A DNA stretch of 64,000 bases from the NCBI GenBank assembly GCA_964344975.1, contig CAYFPK010000003.1, positions 2,147-66,146 on the forward strand. The letters are read 5' to 3'. Within the stretch, counting starts at the first letter, position 1, and the number at the start of each line of letters is the position of its first letter. The translations under genes and the position numbers were made by a program. The DNA is from Candidatus Woesearchaeota archaeon (lineage in GTDB: Archaea > Nanobdellota > Nanobdellia > SCGC-AAA011-G17 > GW2011-AR18). The notes under the pieces are model-generated. The model searched no databases, was not told where the DNA came from, and saw only the letters and a program-made list of their open reading frames with translations. Shown here in pieces: positions 1 through 9,659 of this stretch.

Positions 1-504
1 AAAAAAGCGTATCCTGCTCTTCTTGTTGAAGTTTTAATTGGTGATTTTGCTGGTAATGAGGATGCTTTAGCTGTTATTGCATCTAGTGGGGTTGATGTTG
101 TTGCGCATAACGTTGAAACTGTTGCACGACTACAATCTGTTGTGCGTGACCGGCGGGCGTCTTATGCGCGATCTCTTGATGTTTTACGTTATTTTTCTTC
201 GCGAGGGTTTTACACGAAATCTTCGCTTATGCTTGGTCTTGGAGAAACGTCTAATGAAGTTTATCAAACGTTACAAGATCTTCGTTCTATTGAAGTTTCT
301 TTTGTTACTTTAGGTCAATATTTGCAACCTTCAGCAAAACATTTGCCTGTTGATTCTTTTGTATCTCCTGAAGCATTTACTGCGTATGCAGATTATGCGC
401 GTTCAGTAGGGTTTTTGTCTGTTGCTAGTGGTCCTTTGGTGCGAAGTTCTTATAAAGCCGGGGAATTGTTTATCTCGCATGTACTTGGTGGTGATGCTGT
501 GTGA
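1..504 (+). CDS. lipA: Lipoyl synthase, 3' portion (5' end lies before the window)
   Basis: Frame 1 is open from position 1 and translates to ...VAHNVETVARLQSVVRDRRASYARSLDVL...YTKSSLMLGLGET...TLGQYLQPS..HLPV, the conserved C-terminal half of radical SAM lipoyl synthase. The TGA stop at 502-504 overlaps the GTG start of the next gene. Confidence 0.85.
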   Translation, partial: KKAYPALLVEVLIGDFAGNEDALAVIASSGVDVVAHNVETVARLQSVVRDRRASYARSLDVLRYFSSRGFYTKSSLMLGLGETSNEVYQTLQDLRSIEVSFVTLGQYLQPSAKHLPVDSFVSPEAFTAYADYARSVGFLSVASGPLVRSSYKAGELFISHVLGGDAV

Positions 505-1733
505 AGTTTAGCTTTCCTGATGTCGGTGAGGGCATAACTGAAGGTGAAATTGTCAAATGGTATGTAAAGCCTGGTGATATTGTTGCTGTAGATCAAGTGT
601 TAGTATCCATTGAAACGGATAAAGCAGTTGTAGAAATTCCAAGTCCGTATGCTGGCAGGATTGTTGCTTGTCATGGGGATGTTGGTTCTGTTGTCAACGT
701 TGGTGATGTGTTAGTTGAGTTTTCTGGTGAGGATTCTTTGCCAGAAAAAAAAGAAGAGTCTTTGCAGGAAGTGCCTGAACACGGATCTGGAACTGGTGTT
801 GTCGGTGAGCTTGAAGAGGCGGTTGCAGATGAACCTGTCTCTGAAGAATTTGTAGCCTCAACGAATTCAAAACAGGTTCGTCTGAGTCCTCGTGCACGGC
901 AGCTTGCTTTAGAGCTTGGTGTAGGTCTAAAAACTCTTACCGGTACTGGTGTGGGTGGCGTTATCACTGAAGGTGATGTGCGTGCTGCAGCTGGTAAGGA
1001 GGAAGTTGTTGCAAAGGTTACTGTGCAACGTAAATATGATCTGTATGGTTATGTTGAGCGTGTTCCTTTAACCTCTGTACGAAAGGCTACCGCTGTGCAC
1101 ATGCAGAAAAGTTGGCACGTACCGCATGTTACGCATATGGATGTGTGTGATGTTACTGATTTAGTTGCCCTACGCGCTAAAGAAAAAGAAAAGCTTGCTG
1201 CTGACGGTGTACATCTTACTTACTTACCTTTTATTATTGCTGCAGTCTGTAAAGCTTTACCTGGGTTTTTAGCTTTGAATGCTACTTTGGCTGATGCTGA
1301 AATTATTTATAAAAAATATTATAACGTTGGTCTTGCTGTACAAACTGAGCATGGGTTGCTTGTTCCTGTTGTTAAAGGTGCTGATAAAAAATCTATCAAA
1401 GCTTTAGCTGTTGAGGCTGCTGCTTTAGCGCAGAAGGCGCGGGATCGTAGCCTTGATGCCATGGATATGCAGGGTGGGACGTTTACTATTACTAACGTTG
1501 GTGGTATTGGTGGGCGGCATTTTACGCCCATCTTGGTTTCTGGCCAAACGGGTATCTTGGGAATAGGTCGGCTCTATCAAGCGCCTGTTTTTTATGACAG
1601 TCGTGTTGTTGTACGGTGGTTGTTACCGTTTTCTTTATCTTTTGATCACCGGGTTGTTGATGGTGCTGTTGCTGCTTCATTTGCTGAAGCCTTTAAGAAA
1701 TATTTGTCTGATGTGGGGCTGCTTTCTGGTTAG
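501..1733 (+). CDS. 2-oxoacid dehydrogenase complex E2 component (dihydrolipoamide acyltransferase)
   Basis: N-terminal lipoyl domain (IVKWYVKPGDIVAVDQVLVSIETDKAVVEIPSPYAGRIV), an E3-binding subunit-binding domain (RLSPRARQLALELGVGL) and a C-terminal catalytic domain with the SFDHRVVDGA motif. The GTG start overlaps the lipA stop. Confidence 0.9.
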   Translation: MKFSFPDVGEGITEGEIVKWYVKPGDIVAVDQVLVSIETDKAVVEIPSPYAGRIVACHGDVGSVVNVGDVLVEFSGEDSLPEKKEESLQEVPEHGSGTGVVGELEEAVADEPVSEEFVASTNSKQVRLSPRARQLALELGVGLKTLTGTGVGGVITEGDVRAAAGKEEVVAKVTVQRKYDLYGYVERVPLTSVRKATAVHMQKSWHVPHVTHMDVCDVTDLVALRAKEKEKLAADGVHLTYLPFIIAAVCKALPGFLALNATLADAEIIYKKYYNVGLAVQTEHGLLVPVVKGADKKSIKALAVEAAALAQKARDRSLDAMDMQGGTFTITNVGGIGGRHFTPILVSGQTGILGIGRLYQAPVFYDSRVVVRWLLPFSLSFDHRVVDGAVAASFAEAFKKYLSDVGLLSG

Positions 1734-1904
1734 AAAATCTTTTTCTGATTTCGTGCTTTATTTTATGTCCTATCTCTTCTGCGTCTTTTTCAGTTAATTT
1801 GCTTTTTGCAAGAGCTTTGTCTAGATTTATCATGTTTTTTCTTCTATTTGCATCTATTTGAGCTTTTCGTTACTTTTAAATTCTTCTTCTGATGTGGGGT
1901 TATC

Positions 1905-2300
1905 ATGATTAAACCTTGTGTTGGCCCTGTTTTGTATTTTGAAGATAAAGTCTTTTTGATGCAGTCTCCTAAATGGCAAAAGTGGGTTGTTCCTGGAGGA
2001 AAAATTGAAGATGGGAAGACGCCTGAACAAGCGCTTCGTCGTGAAATTCGTGAAGAGTTGTCTTTAGAAATTTTTGATGTATGTTTTGCTGGGCGTAAGA
2101 TTAAGTCTGCTTCTGCTGATTTTTATAAACAGGATGTGGTTTTTCATTTCTGGGATTATTTTGCACGGGTTGCATCTATGGATGTTGTGCCTAACGAAGA
2201 AATCTCTAATTTTGGTTGGTTTACCTTAGATGAGGCTTTTTCTTTAGATCTGCTTGATTCTACTCGTGCATTGTTACAACGATTTGCTTATTGCAGGTAA
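1905..2300 (+). CDS. NUDIX hydrolase
   Basis: Nudix box GGKIEDGKTPEQALRREIREELSLEI matches GX5EX7REUXEEXGU. Size is about 130 aa. A GGGGT Shine-Dalgarno-like motif sits just upstream. Confidence 0.8.
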   Translation: MIKPCVGPVLYFEDKVFLMQSPKWQKWVVPGGKIEDGKTPEQALRREIREELSLEIFDVCFAGRKIKSASADFYKQDVVFHFWDYFARVASMDVVPNEEISNFGWFTLDEAFSLDLLDSTRALLQRFAYCR

Positions 2301-2962
2301 CACGCGCCTTTTTTGATGTTTCCTTGGTTGTTCCATTCTTGCGAATTGTATTTTTTGAGTAAATTTTGTGTTGTTTTTTTCTCTTTTTCTGTTAGCTCTT
2401 TGTTTGCTTTGCCAAACATTTTTTCAACCTCTTGCTTGCTTATAGTTGTATACTCGTTAATTGCTGTTGCGTGTTTGTCTAATTGTTCTTTAGTTATTTT
2501 TAGTGCTTCTGCATTTTGTTGTTTTTCTATTAGTAATGTTCCGTGTTGCATGCTCCACCCTTCTTTTTGCATCTGCGCGTTGCCTGAAATCTTTTTTTTG
2601 TTTACTAGAATATCTCCGTTTCTGCTTAGTTGAGCTTTAATGTCAAGTTTTTCTAGAATGTTGATTATAAACTGGCAATTTTTTTTATATGTTTCTTGAA
2701 TGTTTGTGCTGGGTTGCACCATTGCGTACGTTATTTCTTTTGTACTATCATGATAAATTGCTCTGCCGCCTGTTGGACGTCTTATGATTGGTGCAATTTT
2801 GTTTACGTCTGTTATTTTTTGTAGTCTGCCCAGAGAAATGGTTGGTACTTGCCAGTTGTAGAGTCTTAACGTTGGTTCTGTTTTACAGATTACTAACGCT
2901 TCATCGGTTGCCATGTTTTGTGCGCCAGAAGCTGTTATTGTTTGTACAATTCTTGTGAACAT
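2288..2962 (-). CDS. lplA: Lipoate-protein ligase A, catalytic (N-terminal) domain only
   Basis: BPL/LPL catalytic-domain motifs, including RRPTGGRAIYHD and the lysine-containing ...KKISGNAQ... region. At 224 aa it has no C-terminal accessory domain. It sits next to lipA and E2. Confidence 0.75.
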   Translation of the reverse strand: MFTRIVQTITASGAQNMATDEALVICKTEPTLRLYNWQVPTISLGRLQKITDVNKIAPIIRRPTGGRAIYHDSTKEITYAMVQPSTNIQETYKKNCQFIINILEKLDIKAQLSRNGDILVNKKKISGNAQMQKEGWSMQHGTLLIEKQQNAEALKITKEQLDKHATAINEYTTISKQEVEKMFGKANKELTEKEKKTTQNLLKKYNSQEWNNQGNIKKGACYLQ

Positions 2963-3744
2963 TACTTCAAATACATGGCCATGTACTTAATATGGTTTTT
3001 CATTAAATACGTGTGTACCATGATTCGTTGTAAAATTGAGTCTTCTGTGCCCATCACAAAGTTGTGTTTTTTTCTAATCTTGTTTAGGAATCCTTCTCTG
3101 TCCCAAGCGTCTGCGCCTGTGATTACTTTTCCTATTTGGTTTTGCATGTGTGCATCACTTCCGCCAGTTCCGCCTTTACCTAATTTTCTTGCTAGTTTTC
3201 CTGCAGCAATGTTTGATCCACGGAGTTGTGTCCCGTTGAGTGTTTCAAAAACAGGCATCTTTTTGTAGAAAGAATTCTTTTTTGTTTTCATGTATGTTTT
3301 TAAGTTTGTCCAGACTGGTCCGCAAGGATGCGCGACTGAATATACGCAGTTGTAGTCTCTTGCGTCGTTGATTGTTTGCTCAAATGTTTTTTTGAGTCTG
3401 ATGTTGGGATTATCTTTGACAAAAGGTTTTATCCTCTTTGCGTAAAATTCTCGTAGTTCACTGAACGAATAAAAGTAACATAATACGTGGGGTCCTTCGT
3501 AGGTGTTGATTTCTATTGAGGGAATTGTGAATAGATTTTTAATTTTTTGTAGTTTTTCTGAGCCTTTAATTGCGTTATGATCTGTTAAGCACAATCCTAT
3601 GCCAAGTTTTTGTGCACGTTTTGCCATCTCTTCTGCTGTGTTTAATCCGTCGCTGTACGTTGAATGGCTGTGCATGTCACACACTGTGTAGCCTGCTTTT
3701 TTTATTTTAGCTACATCTGGTTTTTTGATGAAGGTTTTTTCCAT
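2962..3744 (-). CDS. PHP-domain metal-dependent phosphoesterase
   Basis: CDMHSHSTYSDG... and ...LCLTDHN... match the PHP (polymerase/histidinol phosphatase) signature. The ORF runs to 3888, but the Met at 3744 (MEKTFIKKPD) gives a more typical N-terminus. Confidence 0.65.
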   Translation of the reverse strand: MEKTFIKKPDVAKIKKAGYTVCDMHSHSTYSDGLNTAEEMAKRAQKLGIGLCLTDHNAIKGSEKLQKIKNLFTIPSIEINTYEGPHVLCYFYSFSELREFYAKRIKPFVKDNPNIRLKKTFEQTINDARDYNCVYSVAHPCGPVWTNLKTYMKTKKNSFYKKMPVFETLNGTQLRGSNIAAGKLARKLGKGGTGGSDAHMQNQIGKVITGADAWDREGFLNKIRKKHNFVMGTEDSILQRIMVHTYLMKNHIKYMAMYLK

Positions 3745-3775
3745 GGTTTTGGATTGTGTTTTCTCTTTAAGAATG

Positions 3776-4033
3776 TTATGCTTTCCATTCCATGCAGAGT
3801 CTTGAACAGACTTTACAGTTGCCGTTGGTTGGACACATGCTTTGTCCTGTTGCTGCGTTGGGCATACCTCTGCTTTGTTTTGCTCCACCGTAGGTCAGCG
3901 GGGTTTTTTCTTGTGTGAAACTTGTTCCTTGGTATAAAGATCCTTCTTGGCCGGCAACTACGTAGCCTACTGATGTGTCTATGCCGTACTTTTGTTTCTT
4001 CTCGAATCCTGGGGCTATAAAAAAGAGAAACAT
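3776..4033 (-). CDS. Small hypothetical protein (85 aa)
   Basis: Only an ORF lying between the PHP gene and the suf operon. I recognise no domain. It contains a CPTNGNCKVC stretch. Confidence 0.2.
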   Translation of the reverse strand: MFLFFIAPGFEKKQKYGIDTSVGYVVAGQEGSLYQGTSFTQEKTPLTYGGAKQSRGMPNAATGQSMCPTNGNCKVCSRLCMEWKA

Positions 4034-4130
4034 CAGTGCTCAAAATCTCCGGATCTTGCATCAAAACCTTCGTCGTATTCTTCAAGGATTTTTAGTGCTT
4101 CTTCAAAGGGGTCTTTTTTTTCTTCTGTCA

Positions 4131-5144
4131 TTATGCTACTCCTAATAAGGTTTTTATCTCTTCAGTTGGTGTCCATGGTGGGTCGAAGGTGAGTTCTACT
4201 TCTACAGTAGATCCTTTAATCTGTTTTTGAATCTTATCTTTTACTTCTTCAACAAGTTGTGGGCCGAAAGGACACATTGGTGAGGTAAATGTCATGGTTA
4301 TTTTTATGTCCTTTTCTTTTTTTTCTATATTGTAAATTAATCCTAAACTTACTACATCAATGTGCAACTCTGGATCTTCAACTGTTTTGAGAATGTTGGT
4401 AATCTCATCGTCGTTGTTTACTTTTTTAACTGCGTCAAAGCCCATCTCTTGAATTTCTTGTGCAAGTTCTGGTGTTGCTTCTTTTGTAATTATTCCGTCT
4501 TGCATGACAATCACTCTATCTGCTTGCACGTATTTGAGAATGTTTGTGTAATGAGTTATAATTAAAATTCCCATATTTTCTTTTATCTTGTTTATTCCTT
4601 GTGCGATTGTTTTTAATGCATCTACATCTGTTCCTGAATCTGTCTCGTCTAAAATGGCAAATTCTGGGTGGAGGATTGCGAGTTGTAATATCTCTAACTT
4701 CTTTTTTTCTCCACCGGAGAAGCCTACATTGACATATCTCTTTGCGAAAATGTCTCCAATTTTTAGTTGTTGCATCTTTTCTTTAAGCAGATTGTAAAAG
4801 TCAATTACTGAAATTTTTCCGTGACGTGCGATGTAGGCTGTACGTAAAAAGTTCATCACGGTGACCCCTTCAATCTCTTCAGGGTACTGGAATGAAAGAA
4901 ATACTCCTGCTTTTGCTCGCTGGTCAACTTTTGCGTGCGTAATATCTTTTTGGTTTACCGTGATTGATCCTTGTGTTATGGTGTATTTAGGGTTGCCCAT
5001 GATTGCTTGGGCAAGAGTGCTTTTTCCAGACCCGTTTGGGCCCATTAAAGCAACTACTTCGCCTTTTTTTATCTCACAAGAAATGCCGTGTAAGATTTCT
5101 TTATCTTCTATTTCCACTTTTAGATCTTTAATTTTGAGTGTCAT
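4131..5144 (-). CDS. sufC: SufC ABC-type ATPase fused to a C-terminal DUF59/MIP18 (SufT-like) domain
   Basis: N-terminal ~250 aa carry Walker A (GPNGSGKST), the ABC signature (LSGGEKKK) and Walker B (ILDETDSGTDVDA) of SufC. The C-terminal ~90 aa (DPELHIDVVSLGLIYNI...ITMTFTSPMCP...VEVELTFDPPWTP) match the DUF59 Fe-S assembly domain. Confidence 0.85.
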   Translation of the reverse strand: MTLKIKDLKVEIEDKEILHGISCEIKKGEVVALMGPNGSGKSTLAQAIMGNPKYTITQGSITVNQKDITHAKVDQRAKAGVFLSFQYPEEIEGVTVMNFLRTAYIARHGKISVIDFYNLLKEKMQQLKIGDIFAKRYVNVGFSGGEKKKLEILQLAILHPEFAILDETDSGTDVDALKTIAQGINKIKENMGILIITHYTNILKYVQADRVIVMQDGIITKEATPELAQEIQEMGFDAVKKVNNDDEITNILKTVEDPELHIDVVSLGLIYNIEKKEKDIKITMTFTSPMCPFGPQLVEEVKDKIQKQIKGSTVEVELTFDPPWTPTEEIKTLLGVA

Positions 5145-5595
5145 AATTTTCTATTGCTCCTAATGTTGTTTTTATTGCGAGTGTTGCACATTTTAGTCTT
5201 ACTGGTCCAATGTGGATGCCGAGCATGTTTATAATGTCTTGCTTTGTTATCTCTTTAATCTCTTGTATATTTTTTTGTTTTATTTTTTCTGTTAACATGC
5301 TTGCTGCAGCTTGACTGATTGCACAGCCTGACCCTTGAAACGTTGCTTTTTGCACTTTGTTGTTTTTAATTTCTAAAAATATGGTTACTGTGTCTCCGCA
5401 AAGGGGGTTGTTGCTTGTATGTTTTGTATTTGCTTCTTCTAAGGTTTTTTTGTTTTGTGGATTTCTATAATGGTCCAAGATATTTTCTTTATACACTTCT
5501 TGTTCAACGCTTGTTGTACTAATCTCATCTCTGTTTATGTTTGCAATATCTTCTCTGTTGAGTTCTGTGTTCCAAATTTCTGCAATCGAGTTCAT
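5128..5595 (-). CDS. sufU: SufU/IscU-family Fe-S scaffold or sulfurtransferase
   Basis: NPLCGD...FQGSGCAIS...RLKCATLA carries the three Cys ligands, with Lys before the third Cys (SufU type rather than the His of IscU). Overlaps sufC by 17 nt. Confidence 0.75.
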   Translation of the reverse strand: MNSIAEIWNTELNREDIANINRDEISTTSVEQEVYKENILDHYRNPQNKKTLEEANTKHTSNNPLCGDTVTIFLEIKNNKVQKATFQGSGCAISQAAASMLTEKIKQKNIQEIKEITKQDIINMLGIHIGPVRLKCATLAIKTTLGAIENYDTQN

Positions 5596-6776
5596 TTGAG
5601 TACTTCCTTGACTTTTTTAATTTCAGTTACTGCTTTATCTATTTCTTCTTTTTTTGTGTAACAGGCAAAACTCATCCTTGTTGACGCATCAATTTTAAGT
5701 AATTTTGCTAGTGGCATTGCACAGTGGTGACCTGCACGGACTGCTATGCCTTGTTCATCTAGTAGGGCTGCTATATCGTGTGGGTGGCACCCTTGTAGCG
5801 TAAATGCTATTAGTGCTCCTCTATTTTTTGGTCCTAGAATGGTTAATCCTTCTATCTCTTTGAGCTTCTCGTATGCATACCTTGTGATTTCTTCTTCAGC
5901 TTTTTGCATGTTTTCTACACCTTGTTCGTTGATAAAATCAATTGCTGCACCTAAACCGATTGCTCCTGCAATGTTTGGTGTGCCTGCCTCAAATTTCCAT
6001 GGAATGTCGTTGTATGTTGCACTGTGGTAAGTTACCTCGTCAATCATCTCGCCACCGAATTGGTATGGTTTTAATGTGTTGAGTAGTTGCTCTTTTGCAA
6101 AGAGTATGCCTGTGCCTGTTGGCCCGTACATTTTGTGTGCTGAAAATGCGTATGCATCGCAATCTAGTTCTTTTACATCTATTGAGATATGTCCTGCTGC
6201 TTGCGCGCCGTCAATGATTGAGATTGCGCCCACCTTTTTTGCTTGCTGAATTATTTTTTTGATATCGTTGATTGTGCCTAAGACGTTTGAGATGTGTACA
6301 ATGCTGACTACCTTGGTCTTTTCTGATACAAGCTCTTGGAATGCTTGCTCATTGAGTGTACCATCTTCTTTGAGTGGAATTATCTTTACTCTTGCTTTGG
6401 TATTTTGCCAAGGAACTAAATTTGCGTGGTGTTCCATTGCTGAGACTAGAACTTCGTCGTCTTCGCTAAGTTCAATGGTGCTTGCTAGCAAGTTGATACT
6501 TTCTGTTGTTCCTTTTGTAAATACCACTTCTTTGGGGTGTGCGTTGATGAATTTTGCTACTTTTGCTCTTGCCTTTTCGTACTCTACTGTTGCTTTTTCA
6601 CTTAATGTATGAATCCCTCTGTGTACGTTACTGTTTGTTTGTTCATAGTACTCAGTTATTTTTTTGATAACTTGTTTTGGCTTTTGTGTCGTTGCTGCGT
6701 TATCTAAGTAAATGAGGTCCTTGCCTTTCACCTTTGTTTGTAGGATGGGAAATTCTACTTGTATGGTTTGCATCAT
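5592..6776 (-). CDS. sufS: Cysteine desulfurase SufS (class II aminotransferase)
   Basis: PLP-lysine region ...SAHKMYGPTGTGILF... and the C-terminal RAGHHCA motif typical of SufS. 394 aa. 4-nt ATGA overlaps with both neighbours. Confidence 0.9.
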   Translation of the reverse strand: MMQTIQVEFPILQTKVKGKDLIYLDNAATTQKPKQVIKKITEYYEQTNSNVHRGIHTLSEKATVEYEKARAKVAKFINAHPKEVVFTKGTTESINLLASTIELSEDDEVLVSAMEHHANLVPWQNTKARVKIIPLKEDGTLNEQAFQELVSEKTKVVSIVHISNVLGTINDIKKIIQQAKKVGAISIIDGAQAAGHISIDVKELDCDAYAFSAHKMYGPTGTGILFAKEQLLNTLKPYQFGGEMIDEVTYHSATYNDIPWKFEAGTPNIAGAIGLGAAIDFINEQGVENMQKAEEEITRYAYEKLKEIEGLTILGPKNRGALIAFTLQGCHPHDIAALLDEQGIAVRAGHHCAMPLAKLLKIDASTRMSFACYTKKEEIDKAVTEIKKVKEVLK

Positions 6777-7717
6777 GCTATTTTCTCCTGGATTATGTTG
6801 TTAATTCTCTCTTTAATATTCTCGCTACAATTTTCATATAATGGTTTTGTGAATCCTGAAACCATTTGCTCTTTTGCTTGGTTCTTTGTTAGGCCTCGTG
6901 ACATCATGTAAAATAATTTTTCTTCGCTGATTCTGCTTATGCTTGACGCGTGTGCACACTGCACTGCATTGTTTGCAATCTCTAGTGAGGGGATTGCGCT
7001 AATCTTTGCTTCTTTGTTTAGCAGAAGTGTTTTTTCATCTTGCAAGCCTACACAGTCTTTTCTTGTTTTGTCTATGTTAATATTTCCTCTTAAAATGACT
7101 TTTGCTGTATCGTCAATTGTTCCACGCACATTGAGTTTGCTTTTTGTTTTGTTTGCGTTATGATAGATCTCTGCTTTAAGATCGATCTCTTGATCTTTGT
7201 TTGCTACATATGCTGTGTTTTGTATCACTTCTGCATTTTCTTGCTCTAAGTGTATGTTTGTTCTTGATCTTGTGTGTGCGCTGTTGAGGAGTATTTCATT
7301 GAGTATTACTGTTGCGTCTTTGTGTATTTTAATCTCTCTTTTATTATATTGTTGTGTGTTTGGTGTGTCTTGCATTTGCATGTGTGTTAGTTTTGCTGCT
7401 TGTTGTACTTCTATGTTTGTTTTGTGTAGGTGTAATTTTGCTTTACCGTTATGCCTGTCTATTACTTTTACTTCACTGTTTGGTTCTGCAATGATGGTTA
7501 CTTCGTGTTTGTGCGTATCATCTTCTAAGTTTGTTTGCATAGAAATGGTTGCTTTTGTTTTAACCTTTATTTTTATTTTTTCTGTATTGTCTTTGTAGGT
7601 TGTTTGCACGTCTGCATCTCCTTGTACCATGTAGGTGTATGTACTTTTTTTTGATGGTGTTGCCTCTAGGTCAATGTCTTTTGTGGTAAACACGCCTAAG
7701 CCGTATGTTTTTTTCAT
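6773..7717 (-). CDS. sufD: SufD-like Fe-S assembly protein (SufB/SufD family)
   Basis: C-terminal SufBD domain (...VQCAHASSISRISEEKLFYMMSRGLTKNQAKEQMVSGF). At 314 aa it is shorter than bacterial SufD and lies between sufB and sufS. Confidence 0.7.
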   Translation of the reverse strand: MKKTYGLGVFTTKDIDLEATPSKKSTYTYMVQGDADVQTTYKDNTEKIKIKVKTKATISMQTNLEDDTHKHEVTIIAEPNSEVKVIDRHNGKAKLHLHKTNIEVQQAAKLTHMQMQDTPNTQQYNKREIKIHKDATVILNEILLNSAHTRSRTNIHLEQENAEVIQNTAYVANKDQEIDLKAEIYHNANKTKSKLNVRGTIDDTAKVILRGNINIDKTRKDCVGLQDEKTLLLNKEAKISAIPSLEIANNAVQCAHASSISRISEEKLFYMMSRGLTKNQAKEQMVSGFTKPLYENCSENIKERINNIIQEKIA

Positions 7718-9111
7718 CCTATTGAGTTCTCCATTTCTAACTCTATGAGTTTGTTGAGCTCTACTGCATACTCAAGTGGTAGCTGTTTAGTTACCGGTTC
7801 AATGAAACCTGCAACGATGAGTTGAGTTGCTTGCTCTTCAGTTAAGCCTCGTGACATTAAGTAAAATATTTTTTCTTGTGAAATTTTGCCTACCTTTGCT
7901 TCATGTGCTACGTCTACTTGTTCGTTTTCAATGACCATGGTTGGATAGGTGTTTGATACTGACTCTTCATCAATTAAAAGTGCGTCACAATCTATGGACG
8001 TTTTTACATTGGTTGCGTTTTTTGTTACTTTAACTAAACCTCTATATGTGCTTATACCGCCATCTTTACTAATACTCTTTGCTCTAATTCGTGAAGTGGT
8101 GTTTGGTGCTGCATGAATTACTTTTGATCCTGTATCTTGGTTTTGTCCTTTACCTGCAAAGGCTATACCCAAGTTTTCGGAGTGTGCACCTTCTCCTCGT
8201 AAGATTGTTGCGGGGTAGAGCATGGTTGCTTTACTTCCATTGTTCCCATTGAGCCATTCTACACGGCCGTTTTTGTCAACTATTGCTCTTTTTGTGTTTA
8301 AGTTGTACGTGTTTTTTGACCAGTTTTCAACTGAGGAATATTTTATTTTTGCATTTTCGTGTACGAACAATTCTACACATCCTGCGTGGATTGAATTTTT
8401 TGTGTATATCGGAGATGAACATCCTTCAATGTAATGCACTTCTGATCCTTTGTCTGCAATGATTAACGTGTGTTCGAACTGCCCGCCCTTTTGTGCGTTC
8501 ATTCTAAAATATGCTTGCAGCGGAATGTTAACTTTGACATTTGGTGGGATGTAGATGAATGTTCCACCTGACCAGACTGCTGCGTGTAGCATGGCAAATT
8601 TATGGTCGTTGATTGGGACACATTCGGTCATGAAATATTTTTTTACCATGTCTGGGTGTTTGTGTACGGCTTCATCCATGTTCATGAAGATAACGCCCTG
8701 TTTTTCCCACTCTTCTTTGAGGTTGTGGTAGACTGAGTCTGAGTCATACTGTAAACCAACGCCTGACAAACTTTTTTTTTCTGCTTCAGGAATTCCTAAC
8801 TTTTCAAACGTTTGTTTGATTTCATCGGGTAAATCCTCCCACGAATCTGTTTCTTGTGCGTCTGGTCTGATGTAGTACACAATTTCGTTTAAATCTAAGG
8901 GTGTTAAGTCTGGTCCCCACGTGGGTATGTCTGTTTGATTGAAGAGTTGTAGGGCCTTGAGCCTTTTTTGTAGGAGCCATGCTGGTTCGTTTTTTTGTTT
9001 AGCAATTTCTCTGACTACTTCTTCTGTGATGCCTGGTGTTGCTACGTATTTTGACTGATCTTTGTTTGCGTCATCGTATACGCTTCTATCTATGCTTGCG
9101 GTTGGCGTCAT
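7714..9111 (-). CDS. sufB: Fe-S cluster assembly protein SufB
   Basis: 465 aa with SufB core motifs (...SRGLTEEQATQLIVAGFIEPV..., ...YFRMNAQKGGQFEHTLIIADKGSEVHYIEGCS...). Confidence 0.9.
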   Translation of the reverse strand: MTPTASIDRSVYDDANKDQSKYVATPGITEEVVREIAKQKNEPAWLLQKRLKALQLFNQTDIPTWGPDLTPLDLNEIVYYIRPDAQETDSWEDLPDEIKQTFEKLGIPEAEKKSLSGVGLQYDSDSVYHNLKEEWEKQGVIFMNMDEAVHKHPDMVKKYFMTECVPINDHKFAMLHAAVWSGGTFIYIPPNVKVNIPLQAYFRMNAQKGGQFEHTLIIADKGSEVHYIEGCSSPIYTKNSIHAGCVELFVHENAKIKYSSVENWSKNTYNLNTKRAIVDKNGRVEWLNGNNGSKATMLYPATILRGEGAHSENLGIAFAGKGQNQDTGSKVIHAAPNTTSRIRAKSISKDGGISTYRGLVKVTKNATNVKTSIDCDALLIDEESVSNTYPTMVIENEQVDVAHEAKVGKISQEKIFYLMSRGLTEEQATQLIVAGFIEPVTKQLPLEYAVELNKLIELEMENSIG

Positions 9112-9659
9112 AATTCTTTAATCACTTCCATGACGGCGACGGTGTCGCCTTGTTCGTTTTTGATGGGGGATGCTTGCACTTCAAAGACATGCTGTTTGCC
9201 TTGTGGTGAAATATGTGTGTTGATACCTGTGTGTTTTGCGCCTGTTTTGAACGTTTTTTCAGCGGGGCAGTTGTAGCATTGGTTTGTCTGCCCTTTGATG
9301 AGTTCATGGCAGGATTTTGCTTCACTGAGCTGTTTTTTGCTAAATTTACCCTGTTCTTTGTTACTATAGAGGATGTTTTTGTCTTTGTCAATGATATGAA
9401 TGTGTTCGTTGAGGTTGCTTAAGAGGTTTTGAAAAGATTGTGCGAGTTTGTTGTCTTTTTGTAATAACGTGATTGCTGGTGCCTCTATTTTGGACCAAAT
9501 CTTGGTTCTTCCATAGGTCTTTTGGGCTATGAGGCCCTCGGATTTGAGTATTTCACAGTATTTAGCTATAGTATGTCTTTCGGTGCCTAACTTTTGCGCT
9601 AGTTGTTTTGTGGTTATCTCTTTGTGTGCTTTGATTGTTTCTAGAATCTTTTGTTGCAT
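9108..9659 (-). CDS. Transcriptional regulator: N-terminal winged-HTH plus C-terminal Cys-containing PAS-like sensor domain
   Basis: wHTH region (ITTKQLAQKLGTERHTIAKYCEILKSEGLI) followed by a PAS-like fold (IIDKDKNILYSNKEQGKF...GDTVAVMEVIKE) containing SCHELIKGQTNQCYNCP. Its stop overlaps the sufB start, so it heads the suf operon. The ORF extends to 9710; the Met at 9659 is the more likely start. Confidence 0.55.
   Translation of the reverse strand: MQQKILETIKAHKEITTKQLAQKLGTERHTIAKYCEILKSEGLIAQKTYGRTKIWSKIEAPAITLLQKDNKLAQSFQNLLSNLNEHIHIIDKDKNILYSNKEQGKFSKKQLSEAKSCHELIKGQTNQCYNCPAEKTFKTGAKHTGINTHISPQGKQHVFEVQASPIKNEQGDTVAVMEVIKEL

Noticed and set aside
671-967. Antisense ORFs (98 and 67 aa) inside the E2 gene, and many similar shadow ORFs elsewhere (e.g. 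7197-7598, 12406-12690, 17244-17702, 39511-40272, 40918-41319)
   Set aside because: They lie opposite, or out of frame within, genes that have strong domain evidence. Their translations are low-complexity (Ser/Thr/Pro-rich or Leu/Phe/Cys-rich), as expected from the skewed base composition. The long open antisense frames are a side effect of the window's T-rich strand bias.
3813-4085. Highly basic 90-aa ORF (RHRHISRLRSCRPRRIF...) between the PHP gene and the suf operon
   Set aside because: Arg-rich low-complexity translation typical of an off-frame reading. An alternative frame in the same region holds a slightly more protein-like 85-aa ORF, itself only weakly supported.
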